Origin: the human T2T-CHM13v2.0 reference genome, Homo sapiens
Strand: one strand, 5' to 3'
DNA: 64,000 nucleotides
NCBI RefSeq assembly: GCF_009914755.1
Contig: NC_060932.1
Under the pieces are notes generated by a model. That model was not told the DNA's origin, did no database searches, and saw only the letters and a list, made by a program, of their open reading frames with translations. This document shows, in pieces, positions 46,909 through 60,860 of the stretch (position 1 is its first letter; every line of letters starts with the position of its first letter). A program made the position numbers and the translations under genes.

Positions 46909-49387
46909 TGAGGGAGCTTCAAAAAGTTTGTGGAAAAAGTGAATTAAAAATAAAAATGAAAAATATAACCTTTATTTCTCAACATAAGCTCCATCAAGTT
47001 CAAAACACTTTTGTAAGTGATGATATCAGCCATTTAGTTTATCCCTAAATAACTGGGCACTCTAGGTATATAACCATATCATTGCAGTCTTTTTTACATT
47101 ATTAACTAAAGAAAAATGGGTGCCCTTTACAGATTTTTAAGATTAGGAAACAAAAAAAAATCAAAAGGAGTTAAATCAGGACTTTCAGGTGGATGCCTAA
47201 TAACTTTCCCTTGAAACTTTTGTAAAATTGCCCTTGTTTGATGAGCAGAATGAGCAGGAGCATCATTGTGGTGGAGAAGGATTTTCTGGTGAAGCTCTCC
47301 TGGGCATTTTTCTGCTAAAGATTTGGCTATGTTTCTCAAAACACTGTTATAATAAGCAGATATTATTGTTCTTTCACCTGCAGAAAGACAATAAGCAAAA
47401 TGCCTTGATCATCCCAAAAAACTGTTGCCATGACCTTTGCTCTTCATTGGTCAGCTTTTGCTTTCACAGGACCACTTCCACCTCTTGGTAGCCATGGCTT
47501 TGCTTGTGCTTTGTCTTCAGGATCATACCGGAAAGCCATGTTTCATCTCCTGTTACAGTTATTTAAAGAAATGCTATAGAATCTTGATTCCACTTGTTTA
47601 AAATTTTCATTGAAACCTCTGCTCTTCTCTGCAGCTGATCTGGGCACAATGGTTTTGGCACCCATCAAGTGGAAAGTTTGCCCAACTTTGATATTTTAGT
47701 CAGAATTGCATAAGCTGACAAATCAAGATATCTATGGTGTTGGTTATTGTTTCTGCTGTTAATTGTCACTCTTCTTCAATTAGGACATGAACAAAGTGAA
47801 TTTTTTTCCTCACAGATTGATGTGGATGGTCTGCCACTGCAAGCTTCATTTTCAACATTGTCTTGTCCCTTCTTAAAATGAGTTATCGATCTGTAGGCTG
47901 CTGATTCCTTTGAGGCATTGTCCCTGTAAACTTTTCATAAAGCAGCAGTGATTTCACCATTCTTCTTCCCAAGCTTCACCTTAAATGTGATGTTTGTTCT
48001 TGTTTCAATTTTAGCAGAATTCATGTTGCACTGATGGGGGCTCTTTTTCAAAAAAATATTTTTTATTGTACTAAAATATACATATATAATTTACCATCTT
48101 TATCTTTTTTAAGTGTGTAGTTCAGTGGTAATAAATGCATTTATATTCTATTTGTTTCTTTGACTCTTCTCCCCTCTCCCCTTCCTGGCCTCTGATAACT
48201 ACCAATCTCTATCTTTATGAGATCTACTTTTTTAGCTCCCACATGTGAGTGAGACTATATGATATTTGTCTTTCTGTGCTTGGACTTTTTCACTTAACAT
48301 AATGGTCTTCAATTCCATCTATGTTGCTGCAAATGACAGGATTTCATTCATTTTTATGGCTGAATGATATTTCATTGTGTATATATATGGCATTTTCTTT
48401 CTTCATTCATCTGTTGATGGGTACTTAGCTTGATTCCGTATTTTCACTATTGTTAGCAGTGCTGAAATAAACACGGGAGTGCAGATATCTCTTTGATGTA
48501 TTGATTTCCTTTCTTTTTGATATATACCAAGTAGTAGAATTACTGGATCATATGGTGGTTCTACTTTTAGTTTTTTGAGGAACCTTCATACTGTACATTA
48601 GGCTGTACTAATTTGCATTCCCACCAACAGTGTATGAAGGTTCCCCTTTCTCCACATCCTCACCAGCATCTGTTATTGTGTGTGGTGAGATGCTGTCTCA
48701 TTGTGGTTTTCATTTGCATTTCTCTGATGATTAGGGATATTGAGCATTTTTTTCATGTACTTCTTGGCCATTTGTATGTCTTTTGAGAAATGTCTGTTCA
48801 AACCTTTTGCCCAATATTTAATCTGAATTTTTTTTTTTTTTTTTTTTTTTTTGCTATTGAGTTGTTTGAACTCCTTATATGTTCTGGTTATTAATCCCTT
48901 GTCAGATGGATAGTTTGCAAATATTTTCTCTCATTCTGTGTGTTGTCTTTTCACTTTGTCGATTGTTTGCTGTGCAGAAGCTTTTTAGGTTGATATAATC
49001 CCAATTATATATTTTTGCTTGGGTTGCCTGTGCTTTTCAGGTCTTAAACAAAAAATATTTGCCCAGACCAATGTTCTGGGACATTTCTCCAAAGTTTTAT
49101 TCTAGTGGTTTCATTGTTTTAGGACTTCTATTGAAATATTTTATCCATTTTGATTTGATTTTTGTGTATAGTGGGAAATAGAGGTCCAATTTCATTCTTT
49201 TGCATATAGCTATCCAGTTTTTGATAGGGGCTCTTTTAAAACTGATGTCTTATCCTTCTTAGTGCCTCAAACTAGATTCTGTTCAGATATGTTATAATAA
49301 ATTAGTATGAGTTTATTTTGATGCAAAAAAGTTGAAATCTATTTTTTTATAATACACATTTTTCATGAACTTCTTGAAGACCCCTCC
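46909..49387 (-). mobile_element. Near full-length HSMAR2 mariner, interrupted by L1
   Basis: TA-flanked TIRs tgagggagcttcaaaaagtttgtggaaaa and ttttcatgaacttcttgaagacccctcc. ORF 47127-47339(-) retains mariner motifs LHHNDAPAH and PPESPDLTPFDFFLF. Confidence 0.9.
48050..49221 (-). mobile_element. 5'-truncated L1MA inserted in HSMAR2
   Basis: L1 3' UTR/ORF2 sequence; TSD tgat(g/a)ggggctctttt at 48032-48047 and 49222-49237. Confidence 0.88.
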
Positions 49388-49484
49388 TATTTGCCAGACA
49401 CTGTTCTTTCATTGACTAATAAATAAATTCTCTCTCCTTTCTTTTTTCATTTTTCAGCTCTTGGGTTTTACAGTTTTAAAAATT

Positions 49485-50285
49485 AATTTTTAATTAGACA
49501 AGTAAAAATTATATGATTTGTACTGTACAAGTGTGATGTTTTGATATGTATGTACACTGTGTAATGGCCAAATCAGGCATATCCATTACCTCACATACTT
49601 AACATTTTTTTGTGGTGATAACACTTAGAATCTATCCTCTTAGCAATTTTCAAGTATACAATCTATTGTTATTAACTATAGTCAGCATGATGTACAACAT
49701 ATCTCTTGAACTTTTTCTAACTGAAAATTTGTGTCCTTTGACCAACTTCTTCCCAATCTCTACATTCCCTCATCTCTGGTAATCATTATTTTACTCTCTG
49801 TTTCTATGAATTTGAGTTTTCTAGATTCCACGTATAAGTAAGCTCAGATGGCATTTTTCTTTGTGTGCCTGGCCTATTTTACTTAACATAATGGCCTTCA
49901 AGTTCATCCAAGTTGTTGCAAATGACAATATTTCTTTTTTTGGTAAGGCCGAATAGTAATTCCATTGTGCCTATATACCACATTTCCTTTATCCATTCAT
50001 TCACTGATGGACACTTAGGTTGATTCCATATCTTGGGTATTGTCAATAATGTTGTAATGAACATAGGAGTGCAGGTATCTCTTTGACATACTGATTTCAT
50101 ATTCTTTGGATATGTGTACCCAGTAGTGGGATTGCTGGGTCATATGGTAGCCCTATTTTTAATTTTTTAGCTCTATTTTTAATTTTTTGAGGAGCCTCTA
50201 CACTGTTTTTCATAATGGCATTCTCAATTTACATTCTCTTCAACAGTGTACAAGGATTCCCTTTTCTACTTATCCCTGCCAACAC
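49485..50285 (-). mobile_element. L1MA 3' fragment
   Basis: ORF 49879-50100(-) CTPMFIT.LLTIPKIWNQPKCPS..EWIK.MWYI is the L1 ORF2 C-terminus. Confidence 0.88.
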
Positions 50286-50289
50286 AAAT

Positions 50290-50600
50290 TCTAACTCTTC
50301 ACCATGGCCCAGGAGGTCCTGCATGATATGGTTCCTGCCTTTTTGTCAGATTTTGTCTCATGTTTCTCTTTGCCCTTTCTCACTGCACTCCAGCCACAAA
50401 AATCCTCTTTCAGCTTCTTGTGAAGGTTTTCCTGCCTAGAGGCTTTTGTAGGTACAGTGACCTCTGCAATGAGTATTCTTGTCTCCATTCTTCTTGTCCA
50501 TAGTTCGTTAGCATAAAATCCTTCAGTTTTTCAGCTTAAATATCTCCTCAGAGAAGTCTTCCCTGATCACCTAATACAAAGAAGTTTTCTGTCCCCCTCA
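50290..50600 (+). mobile_element. L2 fragment
   Basis: ctcactgcactccagccac...cagcttaaatatctcctcagagaagtcttccctgatcacc. Confidence 0.7.
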
Positions 50601-50604
50601 TTCT

Positions 50605-50960
50605 TCAGTTAGCTAAAAATAATAGAAAACCCAAAACAATAGTTGCTTACACACCATAGAAGTTTCTTTCTCTGTCATATGAAATTATAGATAACTATGC
50701 ACCAGAGTGTTAGCAACCCAGATTCCACTGTCCAGATGTTCCTTTCCAAGCCTACCTCGTCATCCAGGATGGCTTCTTCCATCTGCATTTGAGTGACCAG
50801 GATAAAGACATGCCACCCCCTTTAAGTAACATGGCCACATCTAGCTACAGGGAAGCTAGAAAATGGGGTCTTTTTAAAACTCTAGACAGTCATCTTCCCA
50901 GCAAAATTAAAACTGTTATTACTAAGGGAGAGGGAGAAAATGGAAATGGAGGGATGAAGA
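50605..50960 (-). mobile_element. MLT1-type LTR fragment
   Basis: cccaaaacaatagttgctta...catggccacatctagctacagggaagctagaaaatg...aagggagagggagaaaatgg. Confidence 0.6.
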
Positions 50961-51409
50961 GGAGTTACATTCCACATTTTATACTCATGGTAGAAATGGA
51001 CTTTTGTACATTATTGTATCACATGGCATTTTTAATTATATAATTTTCTTGTAGGCAAATAACTTTCTTATGGGAAATTTGTGCTACTCTTAAGCAACTG
51101 GCTTGTTTTCCTATTATGGACATTGTGAATCTTCTGCCTGATTATGTTTTGCTTTTTGATTTGTTTGCCAGGAAGTTTGTAGCTAAATTTATGGTCCTCT
51201 CCAGCAACTACACAAATCCTATGATGGATATTTTTTCTGATAATATTATCTGTAGCGTTATTTTATTTTACTATACTTTCTTCCTTTCTTTCTTTACCTT
51301 CTTCCTTTCTTTTTATTTTCTTCAATGTAATTTTGCAAGTCTCTTCAAATTCCTTTGGTAATAAGTCAGGAAATAAGTAAAACACAAGTATAAATAAATA
51401 AAGTATTTT

Positions 51410-51550
51410 ATATTTAATGAAGGTGATAAAAGTGCCTACATTATAGGGCTGTCGAGAGAATCCACTGAGTTAATGTAAGTAAAACATTTAGAGCAGTGCC
51501 TGGCATATTGTAAGACCTATAGAAATGCTAGTTCGTTATTATTATTATTT
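51410..51550 (+). mobile_element. MIR 3' part
   Basis: tgagttaatgtaagtaaaacatttagagcagtgcctggcatattgtaag...ttattattatt. Confidence 0.75.
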
Positions 51551-54079
51551 TAATTAAATCTTTCCTGAAGTGACTGTCAGATAAATCTGCTTGATAAGAC
51601 AGTTTTACTTTAACTTTTGTTCTAGGTTAAACAAAGAGGGAAAGATTAAAATATACATTTAAGGACCACTCAGCAACAATCATTCTATGTCTTCATATTC
51701 TAATCTACATGGCAGCTAGTAAATGCATTGTGCTGTGTAAGATAATGTGCTAAAACTCTTAGTGGAGATGGCCTCTAAATTTTTTATGTTTAGTATTTAG
51801 GCATCTTGTAGATAAAATGTATGGATGAATAATCAGATGAGGATTCAATGACCAGAAGTACTGTTGCTCTCTCTCCATCTCTTTCTGTTAGAAATAGATC
51901 TCCATCAGATAGGTCTGTGTTTGAATTTTAGATGTACTACCAACCACACTATGTGACCTAGGTCAAGTCTCAGCTTTCATGTCAATATATTTACCGATGG
52001 GTGGCAGTAATACCTATCATATAGGGACATAAGGATTACATTAAATAATACATGTTAAGATCTTTGCATGGTTCCTGGCCAGAGTACACATACAATAGCT
52101 ATTTCTGATATCATTATTTTCACTCAAGTCTTTTAAATTGAAGAATTATCACCTTTTAGCACTTGAATTTATATTGAATCTATACACACATCATTTTTTT
52201 ATTTAAATATTTGAAATCCTTACCCTACAATCCAATGGAAATTCTGCAAATGTTTAAAGTTTTGGACTCCATGACAAAATTGTATAGATAGAATAGTGGT
52301 TTTAAATATGGCTCGGGGATTACAAATGGTCCACATGGATCCTTGGGAATGAATCAAGCTACGAGCTCCTATAGCAATAATATTTCTATTACCATAGCGT
52401 ATGTGCCTAAGTTTCTGGTGTGGATTAATAAATTATTACTGTTGTTAAATGGATGCCTGGTTTTCTTAATTGGTAGCTCATCAAAAGCTTATTAAAAACT
52501 TCCTATTCATTTTGTTGATTTCAGTGGTTGGGGATAAATGGCCCAGGAGGCTCTTTGCCCTGCTAAAGTGGATCATGAACAATGTGGGATATTTAATTCA
52601 ATTCAATTCAGCAAACATATTGAATTCAAAATATGCAAAAAGCATTGTGCTACAAATTGTGACAATATCAAGGGACATCCCCTGTGGTGGCCTTCTGTTA
52701 TTTGGTACCCAGGATCCATTTTTATTCTATTTGGGAACTACAGCCTTGGCCCACTCCAAGCTATGTGGTTTGGGTAGGATTGGCCCCTTACCCAGGTCTG
52801 GGGGTGGAATGGCCTTGCTTGGCTTAAGGTAGTCAGCATAACCCTTTCCTATGGCCATGGTATTAGATTTATGAGTGGGCATATAACTCATGAATCTTTA
52901 AAAGACTTGTGCCTGGGGCTTCTGAAAAAAAATGAAGTCTCCTCTGTCTTTGCAGTGGGAACTTCTGGAAAAGATACTTTCTCTTTCCCTGGGCCTATAG
53001 TTAGGATGTAAGGTATAGGAGAGCCTGCAGATGTTTTGGGGGAGAACACCACACAGATTTTGAATATGAAGCTAACACCATGGGTTTGGAGTCGGTCTGA
53101 CCTGGATTCAAATCCAAGCACTGTCACTTTCTAGTTTGGTAAGGTATTTGAGCTTCGTTGTGCCTCCATTTTGTCACCTATAAAATGTGGCTAATGCCCT
53201 TACTCTCTCCTCCTTAAAACTATTTGGTACTGGCTTTTAATTGTAACAGAATTAACATCAATAATTGGATTTGTGCCCATCAAGCCAATGAACTTTCATA
53301 AAATGAAATCCAGAAAATTTTCATGTAATTCATAGAGTTCTTATATTTAACCCATGTCTCTAGAATCTTCTTCTAGTGACAAATTATGTTGTATTGAATC
53401 ATGTGAAACTGAGCCAAGTTTATCATTATTTAGGGTAGAAATTCTGTTTTGTTACAGTAGTTTCACTCAAGTTTTACTTCTCTAAGAAGAACATAAGACA
53501 CACTTAAAATTTTAAGCATATCTACATAAAAAAGCCCAGTTTGTTATACCATTTTCATAGAGTTATTTTAGCCCTCTAATATAGCACTGTAATAACATTT
53601 TGTACTTGCTACAAACATAAGCACACTAGTTTCTATCATTTTTGCCCTTGGTTTATAAAGATGGAATTTAGAAAGCAAATACATTTAGGGATGAAATAGT
53701 GAAATCTGCTGAATGTGTGTAGAATTATTAAAGAGTATAACATGGCTGCTTGTTTTATTTAGAAATGACATTGGGTGGGTTAGCTAACCAAAGCTGCCAA
53801 TACTGTATTTTAATGATCTTGAGTTTATCTCCTATTTACAATTCTTTGTCATTTAGTCTACAGGTGTTAGATCACTTAACACTTGCTGAATTCTTCAGAT
53901 TTGTTTGTTTCCTGCCGTTTGGTGTTGATCATTTTGATGTGTGATAGGAGGAGGAAGTAGTTATCTAATTTTCACTGAACAATCTTCCCTAAGGTATCAC
54001 ATATATTCATTCTATATCTTCTATCAGTCAGCCATAGATTGTGAAAAACTTTGATAGAAACTTTAAATTCAGAGCCCCT

Positions 54080-54900
54080 GAATTAGTCAGTTTTCACTCA
54101 GTAATGCTATGATAACAAACAACCTCCAAAATCTCAGTGGTTCACAAAAACCAAGCTTTAATTCTTGTTCTGTATATATATATACATATATCTGCCGATT
54201 AGTAGTGCCTTTGCTCCTGCCTCAGGTATCTTTTTTTACCCCAGAATGCAGACAGAAGGAGCAGCTTCCATCTGGGACATGCCATTCTCCTGGCTGAGGG
54301 CAATGATCTCTCTTTTTCTTTTTTCTTTTACTTTTTAAGTTCTGGGGTACATATGCAGGATGTGCAGGTTTGTTAACATAGGTAAACGTGTGCCATGGTG
54401 GTTTGTTGCACCCATCAGCCCATTACCTAGGTATTAAGTCAAGCATGCATTAGCTGTTTTTGCCAATGCTCTCCCTCCCCGTACTCCACTCCTCAACAGG
54501 CCTCAGTGTGTGTTGTTCCCCTCCCTGTGTCCGTGTGTTTTCATTGTTCAGCTCCCACTTATAAGCGAGAACATGCAGTATTTGATTTACTGTTTCTGCA
54601 TTAGTTTGCTGAGGATAATGGCTTCCAGCTCCACCCATGACCCTGCAAAGGACATGATCTTGTTCCTTTTTATGGCTGCATAGTATTCCACGGTGTATAT
54701 GTACCACATTTTCTTAGAGACAATGCCAAATCTTGCAATGGTCCTTAAAGCTCCTGCTCAATTATGACTGTATATCATGCGTATTCATATTCCATTGGCC
54801 AGAGAAAGTCTCTTGGCCAAGTCCAAGCTCAGTGTCTTTGACTGAGATATCGCAGTTTACAAGGCAATGGGTGGGCATGAGTTTTAAGAGGAAATAATGG
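54080..54900 (-). mobile_element. MLT1-type LTR interrupted by L1PA
   Basis: ataacaaacaacctccaaaatctcagtgg...; resumes cttaaagctcctgctca...attccattggccagagaaagtc. Confidence 0.65.
54310..54715 (-). mobile_element. L1PA (PA8-PA10-like) 3' end
   Basis: ttaagttctggggtacatatgcaggatgtgcaggtttg...ttttatggctgcatagtattccacggtgtatatgtaccacattttctt. Confidence 0.9.
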
Positions 54901-57299
54901 AACATATGTCATAGGTCTGTTTTGGACAGGGCTACTGGTGTATTTTTCTCTTATGTCCTATTCTTCTGCTGTTTTTTTCTCCAAAAACTCCCTTCCTTGG
55001 TTCTCTCATCCACCCCTCCATCACTTCCTCTGTACTCTTGGCTGCCAAGTAGACCCATGGAGCCTACTCCACTTTTCTGTCCAGCCTGATGTAGAATCTT
55101 TAGGATATAGGACCTAAATTATTGCTTTAGTAAAAACTGGAGCTGTCTGATGTTATAAGGAATAGCTCTACTCTGAGCCAAGTAGGCTTGGTATTTACTG
55201 AAGTCATATCCACTTTGTTTTATTCCTGGTAATTTGGCTTGAAGTGAAATTTTAAATAAACCAGATACTTATTGCTTATGCCCACTAAATATATGTCCAC
55301 AGCCCTTAAATAACTACCTTTGTCTTATAGTGCTTTATGGAACATAGAGCAATTTTACCACCATTATCTCATATGATGGTCACAAGAAGCCTGGTGATGC
55401 CAATATTATTGTGATTCCCATTTCACAGGATAAAAAAAAGTTAAGTAGCTTATTCAGGATCAAAAGGCTGGTGAGCTTTATAGCCAGCATTCAAGCCAGG
55501 GTATATAGTGATAGGCATTTCTTGTTATTGACAAAGAAATCCTCTGCTTTAAGCATATATCGAATAATGCATAATGTAATAAATACCCTGTTTTTTCAAA
55601 AAAAAGTTACAGAGTAAGATGTTGGCTTGTTTCACTGAAAATATTCAACTTAAAATTTTTAGAAATGTCTTATTAGTTTTGAATGATCTGATGACTAAAT
55701 TTCAGTTTATATAAAACTTTCCCTCATAAAACAATCATTACACAGTTTGGGCACTATGCTTGCTGGAGTATAAAACCCCATTGCAGTAAACAGTGTGTCA
55801 TCATGCTGTTACTGAAAGTGGCCTACTATGCTTTATCTCCACTGCCCTGTCCCAATCTAAGCCACTGTCACCTCTTACCCAGAATGTGGCAGTAGTCCTT
55901 TCAACAGTCCTCTATACCTTTTCTGACTTCCTCCAAGCTTTTCCTCAAGCTGAGCCTAGTGATATTTTTAACTGTGAATGTGAATTTGTCTGACTTCCCT
56001 ATCCTTACCCAAAGTCCTTAATACAAGTCTCCCATGTGATATCACCCTGCAAACGTGGCCAGCCTTCTATCGTCATTCTCTCCCTCAATTTCTGCTTACT
56101 TTCTCATCTTAGTCCTCTCTCCTACCCACCCTCCAGCCAGTGTCTCCTAGTCAATTGGCACTCATTTTTCCCATCCCAGCTTCCCAGGGAAGCTAGCCAT
56201 GACCCCCAGACCATGATAACTAGCCCATTTTAGTCTACTGTAGCTGGCAACTCACCTCCATATCCCACCCATTGCCACACCTGGATTTTCCTCTGTAAAT
56301 ACTGCTTGAACCTGACTGAGGTGCATTATGCTTCCTGCTGCTCACTTTACCAGGTTAGATGACAGCGGTTTTCATGAAAGCCGTCCCTCACTCACGCACA
56401 TTAGTCACCTTTACAAGGAAACACCCAGTGATTAGAGAGAAAGCAACCACCATGTCAGCCATGCTTCAAAGCAACCATATTCAAAACAAGTTGTTTTTGG
56501 AAAAGAGTATATTTCATGTTTTAGAGTATAAATGTTCCCTGTGATAATTACTATAAGAAATCAAGATACTCCAGTCTGAGTGCCTGTTCATGCTGCTGCA
56601 AAAACAATGGGAAAAGTTTGGATTTTAAGGCAATCCAATTTCTAAGGACCAGAAGCAGTCTATGCTTATGGCTGCTTATTGCTAGTTGGGTTCTTATAAA
56701 CCTGGAGTGTCCTACATTTCATGTTGAATTGAACATAATGGGCCTGTGATAGGCACCTCTCCACAAAATAACAAAAGTCTCTGTATAAACTCAATATTTT
56801 AGAAGTCAAAGTAGACAGGATACTTTGCTTGTGGCTTGTCCTCAGGTATCAGTACAGCAAGTGGCTCTCAGCACACCACCAAACAGGGCAGGCAGCTGGC
56901 TCTCTAGAGATAATTATAATTTATTGTGCCCATGGATTTTGATGCAGTGGGGTCTGGGCTCTCTCACAAGGCCAACAGAGCAGGTCTAATTTGAGCCAGA
57001 TCTCAGGAGACACAGTCCGGAGAGGATGGGTCATGTGCCTTCAGTTATCACTTGGAGTTGCACTTTGCCCCTTGTTCCTCTTTCTCTCAACTAGTAGCTG
57101 AGTTTTAATTTTTTTCCCTGAAAATTTATTCAGAGAGACTGTTTTCCTTTTCTTCCTGGAATTCACAGAATGAAGATGGAGGTCCATAAATACCTTGGTT
57201 AAAAGTTGGAAGATCATAGAGTGTCCCACTGTCTGTTTTGGGGCCTGGCAGGAATACTCCTAATCACTGTAAATGAATAGGTGTTTCATCTATTTTTGT

Positions 57300-57640
57300 C
57301 TTCTCTTCTTTGTTCTCTACCTGAAAATGTCCTTCCCTCATTTTCAGGCTACTGAAATCTTCTAAAGCCTTCTTAAAGTTTCTTCTTTATAGGAAACTTC
57401 CTAGATTTCTTCCTTTAGTCAGAATTAATGCTGATTTATGTTCTCTCATGAAATTGTACTTTGTACTTTCATTTAGTGCTGTGACTGTTCTTTTTAAAGT
57501 TATTGTTTACTTATTTTTTTCTCCTCCAGATTATACAATCCTTAAGGATAGTACTGGAATTTCCTCATCTTCCTATTGTCCACATTGCCCAGCGTGAAAT
57601 TTTGGCCCAGTAGGAAGGCTATACATTTGTTGAATTAATT
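57300..57640 (+). mobile_element. L2 3' fragment
   Basis: ccagattatacaatccttaaggatag...gcccagtaggaaggctatacatttgttgaattaat. Confidence 0.6.
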
Positions 57641-58609
57641 TTGATCTGTAAGGCATATTCTTCCACGAAAAGGACATTGCACAATCACAATATTCTCCAT
57701 AAACAAATGGACACTCAGAAAGAACTGTTGTGTTCTTTTATCTGCCTTCCATGAATGTGCAGTTTCCTTACCACTTCTCCATGGACCTAGTTATCTTGCA
57801 TAGTGCACACATTAGAAGATTATGTGATAAGAGTAGAAAGCTAGGTTTCCTTTGGGTAGGGCTAGACTATTTCCTGTTCAGAGGTGAAGACTTCTGAAAT
57901 CAGAATCAATTTTCTAAAACATACCACATTAAAATAAGACCATAGACACGTTTTTCTGTCTATAAGTCTTTTTATTTTGATGGTAGAAAATGTTGTAAGA
58001 TTATTTCATTATCTTCTTATTGTTAACTGTTTTGGGGAAGAATCAAATCAGGAGAGACTGAGATTGGAGTCTTTTTATCAAATTCTCTATAGACTACATG
58101 ATCCGTGCCAATACCACAGCAGTCAGCAGCTGTTGTCTGTGCTAGGAGACCACAGTAGTAATTACACACAGGTTAAGTGGCTTAAAAAAATTGATCGGTT
58201 TTGAAAATTAGGTGTGGAAGATAGAAAGGAACCTGAGGATTTTTATAATATTTTTGTGATATAATAGACTATAGCCAAAAGAGTTACTTTATAGTGAGTA
58301 TTTTTAGCTTCAGTCCCACATTCTCTTCAGAAATTAGTATTATAATCCTTTTCATTACTCTAACCGAGTCTGATGACTCCTGTCCTAGGATGAAACACCC
58401 CTCCCAACTCCCTTATTAAGAGATTGGGACCTAGTGTGATTAACAGCACCCTGATCGATGAGCAAGATTCTTACAGATTAAGGAAAAGAATTGCTGACAA
58501 CTTAGGCTGACTTTTATATACCTATTTGTTTTCCTTCCTAATTCCTCTTAAAATGAAAATGCCAAGCTTTTCTTTTGATATTTGTTACATTTGTGAAATA
58601 ATATAACAA

Positions 58610-58810
58610 TGCAGTTAATGGGAAGAGCATGACCCCTGGATTCAGATATCCAATAGTTACAAATCTCAGCTTCAGCACCTAGCAGTTATGTGAACTTTCT
58701 TCTCTGCACCTCAGTCTCTTCATAATAACTACTTTGCAGAGTTGCTGTGAATATTAGTGTAAATAATGGACATTCAAATATAGCTATTACTGTTATTATC
58801 ATCATCAATT
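58610..58810 (+). mobile_element. MIR
   Basis: ggaagagcatgacccctggattcaga...tctctgcacctcagtctcttcat. Confidence 0.7.
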
Positions 58811-58931
58811 ATTCTACCTATAGAAATATGCAAGTTCCTTGGAAGTATACATTTCTGGAGAGTGATCAGGGATGGGGTATTATACTTTTATTTTTTCGGT
58901 TTCTCTTCATTCATTCAGTGGGTTATGGGTA

Positions 58932-58952
58932 TGTGTGTGTGTGTGTGTGTGT
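58932..58952. repeat. (TG)n microsatellite
   Basis: Direct reading. Confidence 0.9.
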
Positions 58953-59529
58953 TTCACACATTATGTGCTAGGCACTATTTCAGGCACTTGGAACTTACAT
59001 TATTGTAGGGGTACAACTGGAAACTGATAAATGCTGTAAAAAAAATTAAACAAGCTAAGAGGTACAGGAGGTTGGGAGAGAGTTGCAATTATTAATAGGG
59101 ACATTAGGGTAGGCCTTACTGTGAATATGACACAGGTTTTGTGTTCTTAGAGGTTTTCATGAACTATCTTTTGGAATGGGAGGATGGGAAGAAGGGAGAT
59201 GAGAGTAAAGAGTAAGAGCTTGCTGATTTGTAGGCAGGCATGAATATTCCCTTTGGTATAAGGTGTCAAAACACAAACTAATATGGAAGGGTAAAATTTT
59301 CTAGGTGGTCTAGTTTTATTTTATTCCATTTGAGCAAAAATCTTCCTAAAGTATTTTGTACACACCCTGCCTTCCCAAACAATGGCTACTGAATACAGTG
59401 GCCCACCTTGTCTGTGACTGCTGGAGGAGGTCATCACCATGGCTCACATCTGTTATTGGACTTTCATGAAACAAGTCCCTCAGGGCCAGAAGAGATGCTG
59501 TCATCTGTTTGTCCTATGCAATGGCCTGA

Positions 59530-59725
59530 GCCTGCAGTCATTGTGAGTTCTACCCACATGTGGCTATTTAAATGTACGTATAAATTAATTGAAATTAAAT
59601 GACATTAAAAATTCAGATTCTTAGTCAGTCTAGTCACATTTCAAGTGGTCAATAGCCACATGTGGCTAATGGCTACTGTGTTAGCACAGATATCAAACAT
59701 TTCTGTCACTGTAGAAAGTTCTCTT
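59530..59725. mobile_element. MER3 (hAT-Charlie MITE)
   Basis: cacatgtggctatttaaat...cacatttcaagtggtcaatagccacatgtggcta...gtagaaagttct. Confidence 0.8.
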
Positions 59726-60129
59726 AGTGTTAGTTATTTTATATGTTTCTGACTCCAACATTGTTTTTTGTGGTACTGTTGTCAGTTTTCAGACCTTATT
59801 TCCTCTTTTTGATTTGTTGTTTCTCATAGCTGATAGGTTTAAATGCCAGATGTAGAATTTTGTGTAAAGTAAGGGTAACCAGGCTCTAAGAGATCAGAAG
59901 AGCTTTCTTGTGTTCAAGTTTTTGTACTTGGAATTTTTATTTCTATTCTGAGTGCCCCAAGGCCTCTTTTGCTTGGTTATTGTTCTGCAGCTGTACTGTA
60001 GGTGTAAGGGAATCAGACTGCTGAGTTCCTATGGGAGAAGGGCTATCAAACTTTAAAGGTAAAACTGAACATTCATGGAAATGCTTTAGATCCAGTCAGC
60101 AGTCTCTTATTTGGAGCAGCACAACTCCA

Positions 60130-60860
60130 GGGGTGCTTAATGACCAACTGGCTACATGTACGCCAGGCACTGGGTTAGTCCCTTGACACACAAACAAGAA
60201 TGAACATGGACCCAAATGGAGGAAATTACAGTTTAAGGGGTAGAGAGAGTTTCATTAAGTCAATTCCCAGATATGTCCCAGGTACTCTGAAAGTCCAGAG
60301 AAGGGCGGTACCTGATCCAGGCTTCCCTGATGTTACAGGAGACAAGAGGCCAGGGAATGCTCCCTAAAGAAGTGATTCTTGAGTGGAATCTTGAGGGATG
60401 CATAGGTACTGGTCACATGATGAAGGTGGGAAAAGGTGTCTGTATAGGTAGGTGTCTATACAGGGAAAAGTGTCTGTATAGGTAGGCAGACTTTGGATGT
60501 TGAAATGATGGGTTTTCGGCAGAAGTGGAAATGGGGAAGAGGGGTTGGGGATGCTGCCTGGGGCAGATCTGACTCTTCAGTAGTTTGACTTGTTCACTCT
60601 GGCAGCTCTGTGAAGGTAAAAAGGAGCCAGGCTGGAGGCTGGCACACCGGTGGTATGGGAGGGCCAGGGAGTAGAGACCTGTAATAGTTCAAAAGAGAGG
60701 TAATGAGGGCCTGCTGTGAGAGTGTAAGGGGGTTGAACAGAGTTCATGATTTCAATTGGTATTGATTTCTAAGGAGTAAAATTATCAGTATTGGGGGATT
60801 GATTACATATGGGGGATAAAGGAGACAGAGGAATCAGAGATGACTGTGAGTTTTCAGAAA
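60130..60860 (-). mobile_element. L2 fragment
   Basis: gccaggcactgg...gaagtgattcttgagtggaatcttgagggatgcatagg...gaggaatcagagatgact. Confidence 0.6.

Noticed and set aside
50149-50188. 20-bp tandem duplication in L1MA
   Set aside because: Ordinary slippage duplication with no functional hint.
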